A stretch of 64,000 bases of DNA from positions 38,750,001 to 38,814,000 of the forward strand of contig NC_045138.2 in NCBI RefSeq assembly GCF_008831285.2, written 5' to 3'. Shown piece by piece: positions 55,999 to 64,000 of the stretch (positions within the stretch are counted from its first letter, which is position 1; the number at the start of each line of letters is the position of its first letter). A model generated the notes under the pieces. The model ran no database searches and had not been told where the DNA came from. It was given only the letters and a program-made list of their open reading frames with translations. The position numbers and the translations under genes are program-made. Source of the stretch: Nymphaea colorata. Its lineage: Eukaryota.

Positions 55999-56493
55999 GG
56001 ACAGTTGATTTAATAAGTTGATTTAATATGATGGACGGTTAAGATAAAAAAAAATACAAAATACCAAAAGATGAGGTTTATAAATATAATTCTATTCAAC
56101 TTAACCCATCACAAGTTAAATAACCAATAGTCGACCCATTGCCTAACCTTAGTTTCAAGTCATTGCTCTTGTATAAATGATTGATATCAGTTGGTAGGCC
56201 AATTTACAACTAAATTCATTAGTTTTGTACAGATAACTATACTCGGACAAACACCTCAATCGTGATTAGTTTAAATATTTAGCATGTTCAGTTGCTTTCT
56301 GTAAAATTTTCCTTCCTACTCGGTTTGACAAAAATATTTCATGCAATCCTCAGTACTGTTGCTTTGGCGCTCCAGAAGCGATCTACCGATTTCTTGATCC
56401 AGAAGGCCGCCATTGCCACCGGTATTACCGCTTTCCGTTGGTGGTCTTCTCGCTTTCTCCGACGACGTCCCCATTCCGTCCGAGTCGTTAACC

Positions 56494-59400
56494 ATGGCTT
56501 TCCGGGCACTGCTTCGGCCCCGAGGGCTTGCACTGGGGTGCCGTAGACTCACCTCTTCCGGAGCTCTTTTCGGAAATTGGGATCATAGGCGTCCATTCTC
56601 GGGGGAATCCTCGTCGGACGCTTCCGCCAAACCTCCGAGGCCCACCCAAAAGCGAATCGTTTCTTCCTTGAAGGACTCGGAAATATCCAAGTTCGCAGCC
56701 ATCGCAGAGACCTGGTAAGACAGCGATTCCTTCTTCTTCTTCTCCTTGTCCTCGTGGTGGGATTGTTCCACGCGAGTTTGGGAACCTTTCGTGAGCTTTC
56801 CATTTCTTTTGGCTGATCACATTCAATGTCGTGCTGTTTTCGTTATGTGGCTGTTGCCGATTTATGTTTTTGAATATTTTTTTTCGATGATTTTGTGATT
56901 GGTTTCTCATAATGTGGCATGGAAATTCGATATCAGACAATAGGCAGAAAATGGTAAGGCAGCAATTTATCATCGTAAGCTTCGTAAACCTATTGGTTCG
57001 CATCCCCATTTTCTGGGACATATGAATCGCGGAGGAACTTGTGGCTTCTGAGAAAGGCGGTTCCTGGTCCCTCCTGGTGTCACCTTTGATATTAACGCAA
57101 TCATTCTAGAACAGCTCTTTATTTCCCATTTCCTAGTAAAATTTCTCCCTAGTTGCAGCTCCATAGACGAAGACCACTTGTTCTGCATATTCCATATATT
57201 ATGGATTATTTATGTAACCATTTGTTTTTCTATGCATACAGTTTCAAGTAAGAAAATTTCCATTTTATAAGGATAGAAAATTGCTGATGGAGTATAAGTG
57301 GGAAATGTTTTAGTTCATTACTCTTTTTTATTGATAAACAGGTGGGATCTTGAAGGGCCATTTAAGCCATTGCATGCTTTGAATCCAACGAGGATGTCCT
57401 TCATTCGTTCGGTCCTCTGTCGACATTTCAGGTTGTTGTTTAAGCCTTATCTTGAAGTGTTACTTGCTCAGAAAGAAAGAAAAATTGTATCAGTTATTTT
57501 TGTTGTTACTTTACAATTGGAAGATGAACAGAAGTGCTTTTCCATGCGCGCGTGCACTATGAACACAGACCATCCCCAGTTTGATACTTTCAAGTTTCAA
57601 GTTACAAAGGGAAGAGGATATACCTTTTTATCTTCGATTGAAGTATTAATGAATTTTCCCCAATGTTGGCCATTAGGAGGCATGATTCGTGAGTGGGAGT
57701 TTGGAGTTTTCCCCTTCTTATGTAACACTTGTTCGAGCATACATATACCAGTTTTCTATGAACTCTTTTTTTATGCACTTTGTTCCTTTTCTGTGAATGA
57801 TTATAATTTATCATCTATATAGGAAAGATCCATGCAACGCTAGACCTTTAGAGGGATTGCAAATTCTGGATGTTGGTTGTGGAGGTGGTATTGTTTCTGA
57901 GGTAGGCTTCCTTGTTTCACCCTTCAGAATTTTCCTTGAATTGTGTGGTTTCATGGGGCATTGCATAACATGGAAGAAAAACATTTTAAAAGATCGCTTC
58001 TGAAAGCTCCACTTTGATAGGCTGTTTTTGCATGGTTTGATTACGGTTTACTGCTGTTGTCTAGTAAGGTTTGCCAGGAAAGACCCTGAATTAGTGATCA
58101 CGTGAATCGTGATACAACAACTTCAATGAACTATCCTACATACTACTTTTAGCATATTTGACAGGAACTAGTTTCCAGTTAATTGTGTCCAGTATGTGGT
58201 AAAGATTTTCTTATTAGGTCTATATGTGATAAGAACCTGAAAGCACTTGCATTTTTGTTTTGGGTTCTGTTTCTAATCAAGCTATATAATTCTGCCATAT
58301 GATTTGTTGTCTAAAATCTTCCTTCACTTACAACTTATAAGAACGCTGGATATAAGCTTTACGATGCTGTAATTGGTTAGAAAGTGAAACACACAATAAA
58401 AGAGAATAAAACAAAAATAAGGCAAACCCAGTGCTTGCACACTTGGACATCTATGATTGTATGGACTATGGAGCTACTTTAACAAGTTCTAGTCTTCAAG
58501 TATCACTATACCCTTACTACATGTTAGAAATTGCGTTTGTGGTATATGTATGTCAATGGAACAACTGAAAGACCAAGACCTCTTCCTGATCTCATTTCAT
58601 ACTGAACTGAAGATGATTAAACTCCATTAAAGGTTTGCACAAGGCTCAAGCTCTGTTCCTTTAGTTCATTTGCCATGCAGAGAAAACCTTTATCTTCTAT
58701 TTTGCTCGGGTCTCTACAAATATTCAGATAATCTGATTAAGAAGCATGAAATAGCTTTTAGGATGTCAGTTGAATGCGTTTAGGAACAGATATCCAATCA
58801 ATCCGTACCTGTTTATTCACGTTTGATAGTAATTTTTTTATCAGATTTTGCTATTGAGTAATAATTTTTTCATTAAGTTGATAGTAGGATCGAATTTTGC
58901 TATTGGGTGATCAGGTCTAGTGTCAAATTCAGTTTAATTGAAAGTCTGGTAGGATGCTGAAAGATATGTATTTCAGAAGCTAACATGCTTAGGTTCCAGT
59001 ATGTTATTGTCACTTGACATGTGGTTCCGGATCTCACATCTTAATGGATATGCATAGGAAATATGAGCATACAAAAAGTGTTAATATTTTTTGTGTCTTT
59101 TTGGGCATAGGACATATCAGTATTCTTTCCACAACATCCGTATGTCCTGTCATTGGGCATGCCTCAGTATGAAATTGTTTTTGCTGAGAACAAAACAGAA
59201 CTGTGTAGAATAATAGTATAGACATGCTTTCTTTTCATATTTCATATTATATTATATTATATATATATATATATATATATATTTGGGTTTCTTTTTGGCT
59301 GGAGTGTCCTCTCTATGCAGCAAGCTGATGGTAAACTTTTGCAGATAGTTGTGCTGTCGTCACAAAATAATATGGACTCAGCAGTCCCACACTCATGGCA

Positions 59401-62400
59401 GGCAACTTTGGAGTTGAAGGCAGAGTTAAATTAGGTAGGAACAAATTAGAGAAGAAAACAGACATAGGTTCAGAGTAACCAGATTCAACAGACATCTGAT
59501 CAGTCCAATGGTTTGATGATTTAATCTAATATGGCAGATCAAATGGATCTTATGTCGTCAGAAATCTGTAGGAAAAGAGGAAAAACTGATGGGGGACTAT
59601 ACTAAAGTGCAGAATATTGGCAAACGACAGAAGTTAGGGCCTTAAAAGGGTGCACTGAGTTAGGGAAGAACGACGGAAATTGATGGGGGATGAATCAGAC
59701 GAGAGGGAAGATGGAAGTGCAGGACAGAAGAAAATTCAGAAAGAGAGGGAAGTCCCTTGGGACACACATTTTGGAAATACTGCATTCCCACGATCAGTCA
59801 AAATGCACCAATACCATATTAGGGTTTTCCAAGATCTGTTCTACAGAAAGGAAGAGAGGGCAAAGGAATTCAGCCACAGAAATGCACGTCCAACAATAGG
59901 GATGGCGGTAGAAACTATGTATTAATATTAGGTCTTTGCCCCAGTTTGTGACATACCCTTACACTAATTGGGTATAAACAACAAGACACAAAACGTGTAC
60001 AAACAGCACGAACATAAACAAAACTGGATCTGAATCAAGATCCAAATAATGTACAATACTATCCACAACTATTAATAGAAACATCCATCCTTTATTATTT
60101 TACCATATGTCACATGTCATAATTATCTGGCTAACTATATTTTCTGAGATCTTATGAGACAGTTTCTGAAGAAAGTTCAGATAGTTTTAGTGCTAGAAAC
60201 GGAAAGCTGGAATAGAGATAAATATAGAACTATTCTTCAGTTTAATCTAATTTTCTTTAAAATCTAATCTCCATTTGTCATGTATTTTTTCTTTAACAAT
60301 TTAAGACAGAGAAATAGTTTAATATTATGGTAGTTATGTGAACAGAAGATGAACTTCCTGCAGTTATAGTCTGTTACATATATTGCTGTTGCCTTTAAGT
60401 TTAGTGAGAAGTAGATAAGTAGATAACATGGTAGTTTCACCACCAACCAGCTGTATGCATATGCTAATGTATCCCTTTGAGATAGCTGTTCTCACTGGTG
60501 CATCAATTTTTTAATTCTCAAACAGCCATTGGCTCGGATGGGAGCAACAGTTACAGGGATTGATGCAGTGGAGAAGAATATCAAAATAGCAAGCTTTCAT
60601 TCGGTATGCTGACTTCTCTGTCTGCAAGCTTATTAGGCTTGATGGTCTGATTGATTGGATAAGATATGTTGTTCTCCATGTACAAGCTTATTAGGCTTGA
60701 TGATATGATGCATTGGATAACGTATGGTGTTTCTCTGGTGATATGCTTGACCCAGTAAGGTAGCAGCATCCTTGACATTGATACAATATTGATTTTGTCC
60801 GTTCGTGTTGTTTACCAAAATGACAGAGTTATGTATCAACTCATTCATCTGTTTCATGTACTTTTTGAACTCCCTTAATGCTGTGAAAATGGCATACAAA
60901 CTAACAATTGTAGGAGGACATATCTTTGTGTTTCATCGTCATGTAAATGTAGGATAGAGGAAGACGTGTAAGAAATCCCTCTTCTGCATTAAGTTTTGGC
61001 TCTTCTTTCTGTAATGATAGTTTCTGACATCCTATTTCCATCGCTTTTCACAATTGGCTTAAAAATTGCAACATCTGTATTTCTATCTTACTTAGCCATA
61101 AGAACTAGCAAGTACTGATGCCTTCACACAGTCCCGACACAGACTAATTTGCATTATTACATTGAAAATCTAGCCAATGATATTGGTGCAATCGGGATGC
61201 TTTCAAAACCTAACAAATATTCTTTAGGTTAACCTTCCTATCAGAAGCTTAAGTTTGTAGATTCCGAGTTATTACCATTCATGTTCTTATGTACTTACCT
61301 TGCTACTTGAACAGGAATTGGACCCAGTTACTGCATCAATCGAGTACTGTTGTTCGACAGCAGGTGCTCTCTCATCTTTGTTCCTTTTCTATTAATTTTT
61401 TTATTTATCCAGTTAACTGCTCAGGTATGTGCATTTGATCTATGCTACAGCATTTTTTTTCTTTTGTTACTACGAACATTATTCCTCACATTGATTACTA
61501 CGAACATTATTGCTCACATTGAAAATATGCATTTGTCAAGTTACAAGCCCTCAAAACAAGCTGGTCCTACTTGTTAACATGAGATTCAAGTCAAGTCTAT
61601 CAATTCTGGATTCATGAAGCTGTGTCCCTCTGAAACTGTTTCCCATTCAAGTGCCTTTATCAAGTGAAGTTTTTTTGTTATTTGCTTTCCTGCGTGATTT
61701 TGTGGCCATCAGACTTGATGCCAAGTTACTTATCCTAGGTTGTCTTAAGAGGATAGTTTTTGAGCTTGTGGTGGCTAATAGTCATATATATGTGGACAGA
61801 GCAACTGGTTGAGAATCAAAGGAAATTTGATGCAGTGGTTGCACTTGAGGTAAACTGGCAATCTCTACTACTGTACATTTTGGCAATGGACTTTGCATGC
61901 TTGTATAACGAGTTAATTGGTATCCTTAATTTCTTATTATGCAATGATATGCTTCATCTCAAGCAAGCATTTGTTCTGGATGTCCTTATTCTATACACAT
62001 CAAAAACTGTCTCTTCAGCCACATGTTGTCGTGTGCATCACCGGCCCACTTTTTATTCTGTGGTTAAGCTTCTGAAAGTTAGGGATAAGATTGATGTAAC
62101 AAGCCAGAACCAAAAGAATAACAAAATATCCAAGATGAAGAGCAAGATGAGATTGAGAGAAAAACAGTAAAGAAATTCAATAATCAGGTTGGATTTGTGT
62201 GGGTAACAGAATTTTGTTTAATAAATTTGTTGCATTTCTTCTGAGGAGAAGTTAACTTCTGTTGCTTTGGGTCAAAGAAATAATGACCATGACGTGGAAG
62301 CACCACATAAGAGGAAGACTAAGACAGAATAGAGGAAAGCAAGTTGGAAATGATAAGAGTCAATATTAAGTGTCTAGTACATTTTTTATGTTATCCAAAC

Positions 62401-63306
62401 TCCAAAGCTGAGATTCTCTAATCCATGCAACATCCAGATTGAATTAATAACACTCCAGACTCTCCAGCTTCTTATATGGTCCCAGTAGTGCATCCTTGAG
62501 AATTCTTTTACTATGTTTCATTTTGATGAACCTCACGCTATGACTACCACTATTTGGTAATCCGTACACTTTCTTTCATAGTTTCATTCTTTTTTTTTTC
62601 CATCTGACTTGCAACTAGATCGTGCCTCAGCAATTTGTTTCTGGGGAATCTATATCCTGACATACCATGACATTTTCGATACCTTTTGAAGAAAATACAC
62701 ACGTTCTCAAAATATATAGGAACACTATCCTTTGTTCAGGACACTGGACATTGGCCGTCCAATTCTAATCCCTTTCTTTTAAGATAAAGTTAACAGCTGG
62801 GCAGGCTATTGATATAAGCTGCAAAGGTGTATGGAATTATGGTGTTGATGAATCTTATTTGGTTGGCTGTCTTGGGCTTGTCTTTTGTGGGGCAAGACTG
62901 CAAGTGCATGACATCGTATGCTTAAAAGGTTGCAGTTCATACCTTTAAAAAATAATATTTCTTGCGCCCCCACATGGATATTCATTTCAACAATAAATTG
63001 ACTATCTGCAGAGTTAGCAGTTGGCAATAAATAAATGAACTTATGGATTATCTGCATGTTGGTAAATATGAGTGAAGCTTTACACCAAAGTAGAATATCA
63101 GATGAAAAATAAACAAGAGAAACAAGCTCTTAGTAAGTTTACTAACCTTTTTCCAGGTGATAGAACATGTTGCCGATCCAGCAGAATTTTGCAATTCATT
63201 GGCAAATCTGACTTTAACCAATGGAGCAATGGTGGTATCAACAATCAACCGCTCAATGAGAGCATATGCAACAGCTATTGTTGCAGCAGAATACATCCTC
63301 CACTGG
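56494..63306 (+). CDS. COQ3: Ubiquinone biosynthesis O-methyltransferase, mitochondrial (partial; 3' exons lie beyond the window)
   Basis: Exons 56494-56714, 57342-57431, 57823-57901, 60526-60603, 61315-61363, 61800-61849 and 63157-63306. Motifs TWWDLEGPFKPLHALNPTR, ILDVGCGGGIVSEPLARMGA and FDAVVALEVIEHV. Arg-rich presequence. Confidence 0.92.
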
Positions 63307-64000
63307 GTACTGCTTTATAACACAAAATTTGGAACATATTTTCTTTAGTTTTATTCAGTAAATGTTTTAAGAGCTTTGATATTTGCATGTCTTATTTGGC
63401 CTATGCACAATGTCCATGAAGGTTATGCTCCTTATGCCTTTCTCCACATAATTGACTCACCAGTTCTCAATACAGATCTTTGTTTTTAGAGTGTCTGCTG
63501 TCAATGGCTTTTGTAAGACAGGGTATTTTCAAGCTTCTTCATCTGTTCATCATGCCATTATGACTAGAAGAAGATTTGCAACCATGCTTTGACAACTAAC
63601 AAGAAATCATTCCTCCACTCCTTTTAGCATGAATTTTTGCAACATATATCATCTACTGAATTACGTTAACATGAAATTTTACTGGATCGTATGTTAAGTG
63701 GCATCTTCTTGTCAATAGGCTTTCTTAGTTATGAATCCTATGATCATGTCGGATAAGATCGCAATTCTTTGGAGAAGTATCTGATATTTAATATATTATT
63801 GTTGGATGATAATTTGGTAACCTTTGGCTGGTTTGCACCCAGCTTCAAGTGACTAGTTTATGGTGAGTAATTGAATAATGCTAAATATCCAGCCTTAGCA
63901 ACTTGGGCAAACGTTCAGAATTTGGAAGCTAGGTGTTTTGTTTTACAGCAAATAGGGGAGAAAGTGTACCATCCTTCTGGAATGGAACTTTCATGCTGGA

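Overview
Eukaryotic (angiosperm) nuclear DNA with spliceosomal genes, compound (CT)n(AT)n microsatellites and MITEs. Six host genes are readable: an intronless class I HD-Zip (ATHB52-like, -), a 21-exon SNF2 ATPase (CHR24-like, +), the plastid triose-phosphate/phosphate translocator TPT (-), an intronless DUF679/DMP gene (-), an oil-body-associated protein OBAP2/DUF1264 gene (+) and COQ3 (+, cut by the window end). A decayed plastid insertion (NUPT) lies near the start. The main feature is an ~11.4 kb endogenous Caulimoviridae locus (44261-55665) between OBAP2 and COQ3. It has two copies joined head-to-head at 52588/52589: a decayed, roughly genome-length solendovirus-like copy on the - strand, and an internally deleted copy on the + strand. 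Together they form an inverted repeat with ~2.9 kb arms. The reconstructed virus has several unusual traits: the tRNA-Met PBS is only ~100 nt after the TATA box; a leader sORF has a perfect splice donor in frame with a branch point and acceptor before the TAV-like ORF; there is an extra Tyr/Asp-rich region between MP and pol; and there are two protease-like motifs. Family assignments rest on recalled protein motifs, not database searches. The host species cannot be established from the sequence alone.
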